Assembly (NCBI GenBank): GCA_964291285.2
Contig: OZ219787.1
Location: 992,001-1,056,000, forward strand
DNA: 64,000 nt
From: Alphaproteobacteria bacterium
Lineage (GTDB): Bacteria > Pseudomonadota > Alphaproteobacteria > Bin95
Reading direction: 5' to 3'
Shown: positions 39,156 to 48,580 of the stretch, one piece after another
Layout: each line of letters begins with the position of its first letter
How positions within the stretch are numbered: position 1 is the stretch's first letter
Program-made: the position numbers and the translations under genes
Notes under the pieces: model-generated
Database searches by the model: none
The model's input: only the letters and a program-made list of their open reading frames with translations
What the model was told of the DNA's origin: nothing

Positions 39156-40109
39156 CTATCCGGTCGCCCACAATGCGGCCAGCAGGCAGGCGTGCAGGGC
39201 GCAAGCAGCAATAAAGAGGCGCAGGGCGCGGCGAATGTCCTGCGGTGTCGCCCGGCTGCGGCCCCGGCCCATCCAGGCGTCCTCGACCGCCCTGCCGCCA
39301 TAGCGCCGGGGGCCTGCAAGCGCGAGTCCCAGCGCGCCCGCCATCGCCGCCTCCGGCCAGCCGGCGTTCGGCGAGCGGTGCCGGTGTGCGTCGTTCATCA
39401 CGGCGCGCCATGCGCCGAGCGGGCTTGCCCGGCGGAAGCAGAACGCCGCGCCCATGAGCAGGAGAGCGGAAATCCGCGCCGGCAGGAAACAGGCGATATC
39501 GTCGGCCCGCGCCGACCAGGCGCCGAAAGCCTCGTGGTGCTGCGTGCGGTGGCCGATCATGCTGTCGAGCGTGTTGACCGCCTTGAAGGCGCAAAGCCCC
39601 GGCAGGCCGAGCAGCAGGAACCAGAAAGCGGGCGCCACCACGCTGTCGGAGAAGTTCTCCGCCAGTGACTCGATCCCGGCGCGGGCGACGCCGTGGGCGT
39701 CGAGCGAGGCCGGATCGCGCCCGGCGACGTGGGAAACCGCCTCGCGCCCCTGATCCAGACCGGCTTCGAGGCCGGCCGCGACCGCCGCGACATGGTCGTA
39801 CAACCCGCGCTGCGCGATGAGCAGGAAGGCCAGCAGGAGGGTCGGCAGCCATCCCAGCAGGCTGAGGGCCCAGCCGGCCGCCGCGGCGGCCGCAGTCACG
39901 GCCAACAGGGCGAAGGCCCCGCGCAGCCGCCGGTCGGCGGCCGGGCGCTCGGGCCGGTTGAGGCGGGTATCCATGCGCTCGATCATGCGCCCGATCAAGG
40001 CAACCGGGTGCGGCACCCGGCGGAACAGGGCCGGCAAGTCGCCCAGCGCCGCGTCCAGCAGCAGGGCGCCAAGCAGGATCGGGACGATGCTTGCGGTTCC
40101 GTCTATCAT
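39156..40109 (-). CDS. cbiB: Adenosylcobinamide-phosphate synthase CbiB/CobD
   Basis: HPVALIG, ESLAENFSDSVVAP, KAVNTLDSMIGH, SPNAGWPEAAMAGAL. Confidence 0.93.
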   Translation of the reverse strand: MIDGTASIVPILLGALLLDAALGDLPALFRRVPHPVALIGRMIERMDTRLNRPERPAADRRLRGAFALLAVTAAAAAAGWALSLLGWLPTLLLAFLLIAQRGLYDHVAAVAAGLEAGLDQGREAVSHVAGRDPASLDAHGVARAGIESLAENFSDSVVAPAFWFLLLGLPGLCAFKAVNTLDSMIGHRTQHHEAFGAWSARADDIACFLPARISALLLMGAAFCFRRASPLGAWRAVMNDAHRHRSPNAGWPEAAMAGALGLALAGPRRYGGRAVEDAWMGRGRSRATPQDIRRALRLFIAACALHACLLAALWATG

Positions 40110-40141
40110 GGGCGCCGATTCTACTCGAAACGAGAGGTACG

Positions 40142-41074
40142 ATGCCCAAGACCGGAGTCATGGTTTGCGGTCACGGCAGCCGCGATGCGGATGCGGTGCA
40201 GGAGTTCCTGTCCCTTGCCGAGGGGCTCCGGCCCCGCCTGCCGGACTACGATCTGGAAATCGGCTTCCTCGAATTCGCCCGTCCGGTAATCCGCGAGGGG
40301 CTGGAAGCGCTGGCGGAACGCGGCAACCGGCGCATCCTGGCGGTCCCCGGCATGCTGTTCGCCGCCGGGCATGTGAAGAACGACGTGCCCTCCGAGATCA
40401 ACGAGTTCGCGCAGGCGCACCCCGAGATCGACATAAGGCTCGGGCGAGACCTCGCCATCGACGCGAAGCTGATGCAGGCGGCCCGCGAACGCATCGAGAG
40501 CGTGCTCGACGGCGAAACGCCCCGCGCGGAAACGCTGCTGATGGTGGTGGGGCGGGGCACCAACGACCCGGACGCCAACTCCAATGTCAGCAAGGTCGCC
40601 CGGATGCTGTGGGAGGGCATGGGCTTCGGCTGGGCCGAGACCTGCTATTCGGGCGTCGCGCACCCGCGTGTCGATGCCGGGCTGGAGCGGGCCGCCCGGC
40701 TCGGCTTTTCACGGATCGTCGTCTTTCCCTATTTCCTGTTCACCGGCGTGCTCGTGCGGCGCATCTACGACCAGACCGACAAGGTTGCAGCGGCCCACCC
40801 CGGAATGTCCTTCGTCAAGGCGCCCTATCTGAATGACCATCCCCTGGTGCTGGACAGCTTCGCGGAGCGCGTCCGGGGAACGCTGACGGGCGACAACCTG
40901 ATGAATTGCGCGCTCTGCAAATACCGCGAGCAGATCGTCGGGCGGGAGGATGAAGTCGGCACGCCGCAGGCGGGCCATCACCACCATGTGCGCGGCGGCG
41001 GACACCCGCATTCCCATGAGCATGGGCACGACCATTCCCACGAGCATGGGCACGGCCACTCCCACGGGCACTGA
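40142..41074 (+). CDS. cbiX: Sirohydrochlorin cobaltochelatase (long form) with a His-rich tail
   Basis: GHGSRD, GFLEFARP, AAGHVKND, PYFLFTG, MNCALCKYR, C-terminal (HSHEHG)-like repeats. Confidence 0.9.
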   Translation: MPKTGVMVCGHGSRDADAVQEFLSLAEGLRPRLPDYDLEIGFLEFARPVIREGLEALAERGNRRILAVPGMLFAAGHVKNDVPSEINEFAQAHPEIDIRLGRDLAIDAKLMQAARERIESVLDGETPRAETLLMVVGRGTNDPDANSNVSKVARMLWEGMGFGWAETCYSGVAHPRVDAGLERAARLGFSRIVVFPYFLFTGVLVRRIYDQTDKVAAAHPGMSFVKAPYLNDHPLVLDSFAERVRGTLTGDNLMNCALCKYREQIVGREDEVGTPQAGHHHHVRGGGHPHSHEHGHDHSHEHGHGHSHGH

Positions 41075-41685
41075 TGCATACATATCTGCGCGATCCGGCG
41101 GCGATCTACCGGCTCTCCTTCCGCATGGCGCGCGAGGAAACGGACCTGTCGGGCCTGCCGCCGCGCGCCGCCGGGCTTGCCCTGCGCCTCGTCCATGCCT
41201 GCGGCCGGCCTGAGATCGTGCAGGACCTGTCCTTTAGCGACGGGGTGTTCGAGCGGGCGGAATCCGGCCTGGCGGCCGGGGCGTCCATCATTGCCGACAC
41301 ACGCATGACGGCCGAGGGCATCATCGGGCGGACGGCCGTCTGCGCCATAGACGAACCTTCGGTCGCGGAGGCGGCGCGTACCGGCGGAAAGACGCGGGCC
41401 ATGGCTGCGATGGACGCGCTGGCGGACCGTTTCCAAGGGGCCGTGGTGGCGGTCGGCAACGCCCCGACGGCGCTGTTCAGGCTGCTTGAGCTCGTGGCCG
41501 GAGGCGCGCCGCAGCCGCTGGCGGTGCTGGGCTTTCCGGTGGGCTTTGTAGGCGCGGCGGAGTCGAAGACGGCGCTGATCGAAAGCGGCCTGCCGCATAT
41601 CGCGCTCCGGGGCCGCTTCGGCGGCAGCGCGCTCGCGGCAGCGGCCGTCAATGCGCTGCTCTACCCGTCCGAGACTGCGCCGTGA
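41074..41685 (+). CDS. cobH: Precorrin-8X methylmutase
   Basis: IYRLSF, RLVHACG, GNAPTALF, GFPVGFVGAAESK, GGSALAAAAVNAL. Confidence 0.93.
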   Translation: MHTYLRDPAAIYRLSFRMAREETDLSGLPPRAAGLALRLVHACGRPEIVQDLSFSDGVFERAESGLAAGASIIADTRMTAEGIIGRTAVCAIDEPSVAEAARTGGKTRAMAAMDALADRFQGAVVAVGNAPTALFRLLELVAGGAPQPLAVLGFPVGFVGAAESKTALIESGLPHIALRGRFGGSALAAAAVNALLYPSETAP

Positions 41686-42884
41686 CGCCGTGGCTGACCG
41701 TGCTCGGCATCGGCGAGGAAGGCCTCGATCCGGCGGGCCGCGCCATCGTCGAGAGCGCGGAGTTCCTGGTCGGCGGCAAACGCCATCTGGCGCTCGCCGG
41801 ACCGGCGCCGGCGGCGCGCATGACCTGGCGGCGGCCGCTGTCGGAGACGCTGGACGCCATCCTCGCGCGGCGCCCGCAACCGACCGTCGTGCTCGCGACC
41901 GGAGACCCGATGTGGTTCGGCATCGGCACGTCGCTGGCGCGGCGGGTGCCGGCCGGGGAAATGCGCATCCTTCCGGCCCCCGGCGCCTTCTCGCTCGCGG
42001 CGGCGCGGCTCGCATGGCCGCTGGACGCCGTCTCGACGCTGTCGCTGCACGGCAGGCCCCTCGGCCTGCTCGCGCTGCATGTCGCGCCCGGCGCGAAACT
42101 GCTGGCGCTCTCCCATGACGGCCGCACGCCGGCCCGTGTTGCGGAATGGCTCGTCCGTCACGGATATGGTGCGAGCCGGATAACGGCGCTGGCGCATATG
42201 GGCGGGCCGCTGGAGACGAGCGCAGAAGAGCGCGCCGATGCCTGGACGGCGGAGGTTCCGGACCTCAACACGCTCGCCATCGAATGCGTCGCCGGAGACG
42301 GTGCGCGCATCTTCTCCCGCGCGCCGGGGCTCCCGGACGCGTTCTTCGAGCATGACGGCATGCTGACCAGGGCCCATGTCCGCGCGGCGACGCTCGCCCT
42401 GCTCGCGCCGACGGCGGGCGCGCATCTCTGGGATATCGGGGCGGGGTCGGGGGCAATCGGCATCGAGTGGATAAAGGCCGGGGGAACGGCGGACGCGGTG
42501 GAGTCCCTCGCCGCCCGGCGCGCGGCGATGGCGCGCAATGCGGAGGAGCTCGGCGCGCCGGGGCTGGAAATCCATGCCGGAGAGGCGCCGGCGGCGCTTG
42601 CCGGACTGGCGGAGCCCGACGCCGTGTTCGTGGGCGGCGGCCTCAGCGCGGACGGCGTCATCGAGGCTGCGTGGGAGGCGCTCAGGCCGGGTGGCCGCAT
42701 CGTGGCCAATGCGGTTACGCTGGAGGGCGGGGCGCGGCTGGTCCGGGCCCGGTCCGAACTGGGCGGCGACCTCTACCGCATTTCGGTCGAGACGGCCGCG
42801 CCGGTCGGACGCTTCAACGCCTTCCGGCCCGCCATGGCGGTGACGCAGTGGGCCGCGCGCAAGCCGTGGCAGGCGGGCCCGTGA
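41682..42884 (+). CDS. cobL: Precorrin-6Y methyltransferase/decarboxylase (CbiE+CbiT)
   Basis: VLATGDPMWFGIG, LWDIGAGSGAIGIEW, VANAVTLE. Confidence 0.92.
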   Translation: MTPWLTVLGIGEEGLDPAGRAIVESAEFLVGGKRHLALAGPAPAARMTWRRPLSETLDAILARRPQPTVVLATGDPMWFGIGTSLARRVPAGEMRILPAPGAFSLAAARLAWPLDAVSTLSLHGRPLGLLALHVAPGAKLLALSHDGRTPARVAEWLVRHGYGASRITALAHMGGPLETSAEERADAWTAEVPDLNTLAIECVAGDGARIFSRAPGLPDAFFEHDGMLTRAHVRAATLALLAPTAGAHLWDIGAGSGAIGIEWIKAGGTADAVESLAARRAAMARNAEELGAPGLEIHAGEAPAALAGLAEPDAVFVGGGLSADGVIEAAWEALRPGGRIVANAVTLEGGARLVRARSELGGDLYRISVETAAPVGRFNAFRPAMAVTQWAARKPWQAGP

Positions 42885-43585
42885 GCGGCTGGGTCTGCGG
42901 CGTCGGCGTTGGCCCGGGCGACCCCGAACTCCTGACGCTGAAGGGCCTGCGCGTCATGCGGCAGGCCGATGTGCTCGCCTTCCCGGCCCCGCTCGAAGGG
43001 CCGAGCTTCGCGCGCTCGATCGTCGCGCCCTATCTCGACGACGCCCGGATCGAACTGGCGATCAGGATGCCGATGCAGGCAGCGCGTTTTCCCGTCCAGG
43101 CCGTTTACGACCGGGCCGTGCAGGACATTGCGGCGCACCTCGAGGCCGGACGCGGCGTCGTCGTGCTCTGCCAGGGCGACCCCTTCCTTTACGGCTCCTT
43201 CCTGTATCTGTTCGCCCGCTTGTCGGCGGACTGGCCGGTCGAGGTCGTGCCCGGCGTGTCGTCGCTGACAGCCTGCGCGGCGGCGGCCGGTTCGGCGCTT
43301 GCGGCGCGCAACGATGTTCTCTCTGTGTTGCCCGCCCCGCTCGGCGACGCGGAACTGGAAGCGCGCCTTTCGGCTTGCGACGCGGCGGCCCTTGTCAAGG
43401 TGGGGCGGCATTTTGAGCGCGTGAGGAGCCTTCTCGTGCGCCTCGGCCTGGGGGACCGCGCCCGGCTGGTCGTCCATGCCGGACTCCCGGACGAGCGGGT
43501 TCTGCCCCTCCACGAGGTCGATCCGGCGGATGTGCCCTATTTCTCGACCATCCTCCTGCACAAGCGGGGCAGGGCCTGGCTATGA
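42881..43585 (+). CDS. cobI: Precorrin-2 C20-methyltransferase
   Basis: GVGVGPGDPELLTLK, GDPFLYGSF, VVPGVSS, PYFS. Confidence 0.92.
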   Translation: MSGWVCGVGVGPGDPELLTLKGLRVMRQADVLAFPAPLEGPSFARSIVAPYLDDARIELAIRMPMQAARFPVQAVYDRAVQDIAAHLEAGRGVVVLCQGDPFLYGSFLYLFARLSADWPVEVVPGVSSLTACAAAAGSALAARNDVLSVLPAPLGDAELEARLSACDAAALVKVGRHFERVRSLLVRLGLGDRARLVVHAGLPDERVLPLHEVDPADVPYFSTILLHKRGRAWL

Positions 43586-45222
43586 CGGTCGCAGTGGTGC
43601 TGACCGAGCGCGGCGCAAGCCTTGCGGGGCGGCTCGGCCTCGATGCCCTGCCGCTGGAAGAGATGGAAGGCCGGTTCGAGGCGGGCGAGCCTGTCGTCGC
43701 CGTGATGGCTGCCGGTATCGCCATCCGCCGGCTCGCGCCGCTTCTGGCCGACAAGCGCGAAGAGCCGCCGGTCGTCGCGGTCGCGGAAGACGGCAGCGCC
43801 GTGGTGCCGCTGCTCGGCGGCCATCGGGGCGCCAACCGCCTGGCCCGCCGGATCGCCCGGACGCTCGGCGTCAAGGCCGCCGTGACGACGGCAAGCGATG
43901 TCCTGTTCGGCGTGGCGCTGGACGATCCGCCTCCGGGCTGGACGCTCGCCAATCCGGAGATGGCGAAACAGGTCATGGCGTCCCTGGTCGCCGGAGAGCC
44001 GGTGCGCCTTGAAGTCGAGGCCGGCGATACCCGGTGGCTGGCGCCGCTGCCCTGGTCGGATGAGGGCAGGCTGGCGGTGCGCGTGTCCGATCGGTCGCTG
44101 GCTCCGAAGGAAGACGAACTGCTGCTGCATCCGCCCAGCCTGGTCCTGGGCGTCGGGCTGGAGCGCGGCGCGTCCGGCGACCTCCTGCTCGGCCATGTTG
44201 CCCGGACGCTGGAGGCCGAGGGACTGGCGCGGGCTTCACTGGCCGCTGTCGCGACACTTGACCTCAAGGGCGATGAGCCGGCCGTTGCAGCGCTCGAATT
44301 GCCGCTGCGCCTGTTCGATGCGGCGGTGCTGGGCCGGATCGAGGTGCCCAACCCGTCCCCGGCGGTCGCAGCCGCAGTCGGCACTGCAAGCGTTGCAGAA
44401 GCGGCCGCGCTCGCCGCCGCCGGCGAGGATGCCGTTCTGGCTGTGCAGAAGCGGATCGGCACGCGGGTCACCTGCGCCGTCGCGCGGGTCGCGCCGCCGA
44501 AAGGCCGGCTTACGGTAGCGGGCGTCGGCCCCGGCGCTCCTGCCATGCGGACCGCAGAGGTGGAGGCCGCTATCGCCGGCGCCGCCGACATTGTGGGCTA
44601 CGGGCCGTATCTCGACCTGGTCGCCGACCTTACCGGAACCAAACGATGCCACCCCTTGCCAATCGGCAAGGAGAAGGAGCGTACAGACCTCGCGCTGCGG
44701 CTCGCCCGCGAAGGAAAGGATGTCGTGCTCCTCGCTTCCGGAGACGCCGGCGTCTATGCGCTTGCAGGACTGGCGCTGGAGCGCAGCAGCGGCGCCGTCC
44801 CCGTGACGGTGCTGCCTGGCATCACGGCAATGCAGGCCGCGAGTGCGAAGGCCGGCGCGCCGCTGGGCCACGACTTCTCCGTTATCTCGCTGTCGGACCT
44901 GTTGACGCCGATTGAGGTCGTTCGCGCCCGTGTGGAAGCTGCTGCCGCTGCGGATTTCGTCATTGCCCTCTACAACCCGGCCTCGAAAGAACGCCGCCGG
45001 CCGCTCGACGAGGCGCTGGAGATCCTCGCACGACACCGGGACCCCGACACACCCGTCGTCAGGGCCCGCAATCTCGGCCGGGCGGACGAACTGGTGGCCA
45101 TCGAGACCCTGGTCGGCCTCGACCGGGAGGCCGTGGACATGACGACCGTGCTGATCGTGGGCAACAGCCGGACGACCATCGTCGGCGACCGAGTGGTGAC
45201 GCCGAGGGGCTATTCGTCGTGA
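43582..45222 (+). CDS. cobJ: CbiG + precorrin-3B C17-methyltransferase fusion
   Basis: N-terminal DKREEPPVV/PLLGGHRGAN/SVAEAAAL (CbiG); C-terminal GVGPG, SGDAGVY, GHDFSVISLSDLLTP, TPRGY. Confidence 0.9.
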   Translation: MTVAVVLTERGASLAGRLGLDALPLEEMEGRFEAGEPVVAVMAAGIAIRRLAPLLADKREEPPVVAVAEDGSAVVPLLGGHRGANRLARRIARTLGVKAAVTTASDVLFGVALDDPPPGWTLANPEMAKQVMASLVAGEPVRLEVEAGDTRWLAPLPWSDEGRLAVRVSDRSLAPKEDELLLHPPSLVLGVGLERGASGDLLLGHVARTLEAEGLARASLAAVATLDLKGDEPAVAALELPLRLFDAAVLGRIEVPNPSPAVAAAVGTASVAEAAALAAAGEDAVLAVQKRIGTRVTCAVARVAPPKGRLTVAGVGPGAPAMRTAEVEAAIAGAADIVGYGPYLDLVADLTGTKRCHPLPIGKEKERTDLALRLAREGKDVVLLASGDAGVYALAGLALERSSGAVPVTVLPGITAMQAASAKAGAPLGHDFSVISLSDLLTPIEVVRARVEAAAAADFVIALYNPASKERRRPLDEALEILARHRDPDTPVVRARNLGRADELVAIETLVGLDREAVDMTTVLIVGNSRTTIVGDRVVTPRGYSS

Positions 45223-45980
45223 CCGTGCATTTCATCGGCGCGGGCCCCGGTGCGCCGGACCTGATTACGGTGCGCGGGCTGGAACTGATCCGCTCGGCGC
45301 CGGTCGTGCTCTATGCAGGCTCGCTGGTGCCGCAGGAGGTGATCGCCGAGGCGCCGGCCGATGCCAGGGTCCGCGACACGGCCGCGATGACCCTGGATGA
45401 AATCGAGGCGGAATTCGTCGCGGCCGAAGCCGGGGGCAACGACGTGGCGCGGGTGCATTCCGGCGACCCGTCGCTCTATGGCGCGACCGCCGAGCAGATG
45501 CGCCGCCTGGACCGGCTGGGGATCGACTACACGGTAACGCCGGGGGTGCCGGCCTTCGCTGCCGCCGCCGCCGCGCTCGGTATCGAACTCACCGTGCCGG
45601 GCATCTCCCAGACGGTCACGCTCACCCGGACCGCCGTGCGCGCGACGGGCATGCCGAGCGGGGAGGAACTGGCCGCGCAGGCGAGGAGCGGCGGCACCCT
45701 GGCGATCCACCTCTCGACGGCCAATCTCGCCAATGTCGTCCGCACGCTCAGTCCGGTGCTGGGGGAAGACTGTCCGGCCGCCGTCGTCTATCGGGCGAGT
45801 CAACCGGACCAGCTGATCGTCGCCGGAACGCTCGCGACGATCCGCGACCGGGTGAAAGCCGCCGGCCTTGCCCGCAGCGCGCTCATCCTTGTCGGTCGCG
45901 CGCTCGCGGCCGGAGGGTTCAGGGAGAGCCGCCTTTACGATCCCGCGCATCATCACGCATCGCGGCCGCGGCGGCGATAA
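45219..45980 (+). CDS. cobM: Precorrin-4 C11-methyltransferase
   Basis: VHFIGAGPGAPDLITVRG, LYAGSLV, RVHSGDPSLYG, SRLY. Confidence 0.95.
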   Translation: MTVHFIGAGPGAPDLITVRGLELIRSAPVVLYAGSLVPQEVIAEAPADARVRDTAAMTLDEIEAEFVAAEAGGNDVARVHSGDPSLYGATAEQMRRLDRLGIDYTVTPGVPAFAAAAAALGIELTVPGISQTVTLTRTAVRATGMPSGEELAAQARSGGTLAIHLSTANLANVVRTLSPVLGEDCPAAVVYRASQPDQLIVAGTLATIRDRVKAAGLARSALILVGRALAAGGFRESRLYDPAHHHASRPRRR

Positions 45981-46374
45981 TCCGCCGGGTCTCGGACCAG
46001 AGCCGGTAGTCGTCGAGCCCGTCCAGCGGGGTCCAGCGCGCCTCCGCCGCATCGTCACCCGCAACCGCCTCGCCGGAGACCCATTCGGCGGCGAAGTCGA
46101 TCAGCGTGTAGTGGGAAATCGCGGCGCCGGTCTCGTCGCGGCGGATGCCGTCCACGACATCGACGAGGCCGATCAGCGCGATCTCGACCCCGGTCTCCTC
46201 GCGGATTTCGCGGTGGGCGGCGTCGCGGACGGTTTCGCCCCGCTCCTGCTTGCCGCCGGGAATGCTCCACTGGTCCTTGCGCGGCGGCTCGCCCCGCCGG
46301 ACCAGCAGCACATCGTCCCCGCGCAGGACGACCACCCCGACTCCCACGACCGGCCTCTCCGCGCCAACCATCAC
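45919..46374 (-). CDS. NUDIX hydrolase
   Basis: Nudix box GGKQERGETVRDAAHREIREETG; AGDDAAEARW. Confidence 0.9.
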   Translation of the reverse strand: MMVGAERPVVGVGVVVLRGDDVLLVRRGEPPRKDQWSIPGGKQERGETVRDAAHREIREETGVEIALIGLVDVVDGIRRDETGAAISHYTLIDFAAEWVSGEAVAGDDAAEARWTPLDGLDDYRLWSETRRIIAAAAAMRDDARDRKGGSP

Positions 46375-46389
46375 CGCGCCTCTCTCAGG

Positions 46390-47112
46390 TCAGGCCATAT
46401 ACTGGCCGCCGTTCACCGAGACTGTCGAGCCGGTAACGAAACAGGCGTCGTCGGCGACCAGGAAGCGCACGACATGGCAGATCTCCTTCGGGTCCCCGAA
46501 CCGCCCGACCGGGATGTTGCCCTTGATGACCTCCTGCACGCGCTCCGGGATCGCGCGCACCATCTCGGTATCGACATAGCCCGGGCAGATGGCGTTCACG
46601 GTGATGCCCTTGGCCGCGTTTTCGAGCGCCAGCGCCTTTGTGAAGCCGAGAATGCCGGCCTTGGCGGCGGCATAGTTGGTCTGGCCGATCTGCCCCGTCT
46701 GGCCGTTGACCGACGAGACGTTGACGATCCGCCCGAAGCCCCGGTCGCGCATCTTGCCGATCACGGTGCGGCACATGTTGAAGCAGGAGGTGAGGTTGGT
46801 CTCGATCACCTCGTGCCAGGCTTCCTCGGGCATGCGGTGCAGGAAGACGTCATGGGTGATGCCGGCATTGTTGATGAGGATATCGACCGGCCCGTGGCTC
46901 TCTTCCAGCTTGTGGACCGCGCGCTCGCAGGCACCGTAGTCGGAAACGTCGAACTGCATGATGTCGATGCCTGTTTCCTCGTGGAAGCGCTGCGCGCGCT
47001 GGACATTGAGGTGGAACCCGGCGACCACGTCGTAGCCGTCCGCCAGCATGCCTCGCGATATTTCGGCGCCAATCCCTCTCGTGCCGCCGGTAATCAGGGC
47101 CACTCTCGGCAT
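46390..47112 (-). CDS. phaB: Acetoacetyl-CoA reductase
   Basis: TGGTRGIG, NNAGIT, SSVNGQTGQIGQTNYAAAKAG, NGGQYM; PHA gene context. Confidence 0.9.
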   Translation of the reverse strand: MPRVALITGGTRGIGAEISRGMLADGYDVVAGFHLNVQRAQRFHEETGIDIMQFDVSDYGACERAVHKLEESHGPVDILINNAGITHDVFLHRMPEEAWHEVIETNLTSCFNMCRTVIGKMRDRGFGRIVNVSSVNGQTGQIGQTNYAAAKAGILGFTKALALENAAKGITVNAICPGYVDTEMVRAIPERVQEVIKGNIPVGRFGDPKEICHVVRFLVADDACFVTGSTVSVNGGQYMA

Positions 47113-47135
47113 TGTCTCGGCTCCTTGGTTTTTTT

Positions 47136-47175
47136 TGCAATGCACAAAAGGTGGCGGTGTTATGTTGCAATGCAA
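47136..47175. promoter_or_regulatory. Putative PhaR-binding sites upstream of phaB
   Basis: TGCAATGCA at 47136-47144 and 47166-47174 (TGC-N3-GCA) in an AT-rich gap. Confidence 0.6.
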
Positions 47176-47203
47176 TATAAACATCGCCGGACGTGGCATC
47201 GTG

Positions 47204-48388
47204 TCACGGAAGGCCGTTCATCCAGGCGAGCAGGGGCCGCCAGACGCGCCGGGGTGCGGTCTTCGACGCCATGAGCCCGATATGCCCCAAACGCGGCCGG
47301 CGCACGGTGGCGCTGGGCAGGGCGCGCGCGAGCGCGAGTGCGGAGGCAGGGGGCACGATCCGGTCGCCCGCGGGGACAACGACCCATGCCGGCAGCGCCG
47401 CGGCTTCGGGCCGGACCGGTTCACCGTCGATGCGCCATTCGCCCCGTGCGGGCTCGTTGCGGCCGTACCAGCCGGCGAAACACTCGCGCGCGACCGGCGC
47501 CGCCAGAGGTACGCCGTCATTCACCCAGTCCTCGAGTTCCACAAAGGCCCGTTCCGCTTCGGAACCGGGCTCAAGCGCGCCGAAGGCCAGGAACTTCCTC
47601 GGCGTGAGCATCGGGTCGAGGGCGTAGAAGCAGGTCTGGAGTGCATCGACCGGCATTTCCCCGCTGCCGGCCAGCATGTCTGCGAAGGCGGTGCCGGCGA
47701 AGGCAAGCCGCCGCGCCTCCGGTCCGCCTCCGCCGTGGAAGTCCCAGGGCGCGGCGAGAAGCGCCAGGCCGGCGAACGGCACGGACGTCCGCAGTACCGT
47801 CGCAAGGGCCAGCAGCCCGCCCATGCAGTATCCGATGGCAACCGGCGGGCGCTCGGACAGGCGCGCCGCCTCACAGGCGAAGGGCTCCAGGACATTCCGG
47901 ATGTAGCCCGTGCAGTCGAAGCCTCGCTCGCGCTCCCCCGGGCTTCCCCAATCGACGAGCAGCACGCGCCAGCCGCGGGCCGCAAGCCACCTCGCGAAGC
48001 TGCGGCGTCCGGACAGGTCGCAGACATGGTAGCGGTTGACAAGCGAGGGCACGACCAGCGCCACCCGTTCGCCTTCGCCGTAGGAGATCAGCCGCGCTGC
48101 GCCGCTTCGCGCGACGACCGTTTCCATCCCGCATGCGCGCCGGAAAGGGTGGGCGCAATAACGGGCGACTGCCGCCTCGAAATCCGTGAGGCGCCGCAGT
48201 GCTGCCTGCCCGACCGCCTCGGGAGCAACGGCAAGTCCGGCGAAGTCGGTGGCGAGGTCGCGGTGCCAGAGGAACGCGCTAGCCGGTCCCGTCGCGGCCG
48301 CTGCTGCCGCGCCGCCCCAGACCGCCGCCGCCGTCGCCATGTGGAGCGCCAGCGGCCTCGGGCCCGTCCTTCCGCCCGGGAGGTTCAT
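47204..48388 (-). CDS. PhaC-like alpha/beta hydrolase (PHA synthase family)
   Basis: VPSLVNRYHVCDL, VDWG, lipase box GYCMGG, DRIVP, GHIG. Confidence 0.8.
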   Translation of the reverse strand: MNLPGGRTGPRPLALHMATAAAVWGGAAAAAATGPASAFLWHRDLATDFAGLAVAPEAVGQAALRRLTDFEAAVARYCAHPFRRACGMETVVARSGAARLISYGEGERVALVVPSLVNRYHVCDLSGRRSFARWLAARGWRVLLVDWGSPGERERGFDCTGYIRNVLEPFACEAARLSERPPVAIGYCMGGLLALATVLRTSVPFAGLALLAAPWDFHGGGGPEARRLAFAGTAFADMLAGSGEMPVDALQTCFYALDPMLTPRKFLAFGALEPGSEAERAFVELEDWVNDGVPLAAPVARECFAGWYGRNEPARGEWRIDGEPVRPEAAALPAWVVVPAGDRIVPPASALALARALPSATVRRPRLGHIGLMASKTAPRRVWRPLLAWMNGLP

Positions 48389-48500
48389 CCGGCAGCGGCG
48401 GGAACGCCAGACTCGCGGTCTCCCGCCACCAGGCGAGAACGTTCCTTTCCCAGAGGTCCAGGAAATCGTCCGCCTGTTCCTTGTCCGGCTCTTGACTCAT
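48279..48500 (-). CDS. Small hypothetical protein upstream of the PhaC-like gene
   Basis: MSQEPDKEQADDFLDLWERNV...; overlaps the start of the next gene. Confidence 0.45.
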   Translation of the reverse strand: MSQEPDKEQADDFLDLWERNVLAWWRETASLAFPPLPDEPPGRKDGPEAAGAPHGDGGGGLGRRGSSGRDGTG

Positions 48501-48580
48501 TGGCACGGGATTTTACATTAGATTGAAGGGCTTGCGCCCGTCGTGATTGGATAGCGGATTTTGATTGGATAGAGGTTGTC

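Noticed and set aside
41005-41071. Short tandem DNA repeats at the end of cbiX
   Set aside because: Explained by the encoded His-rich tail.
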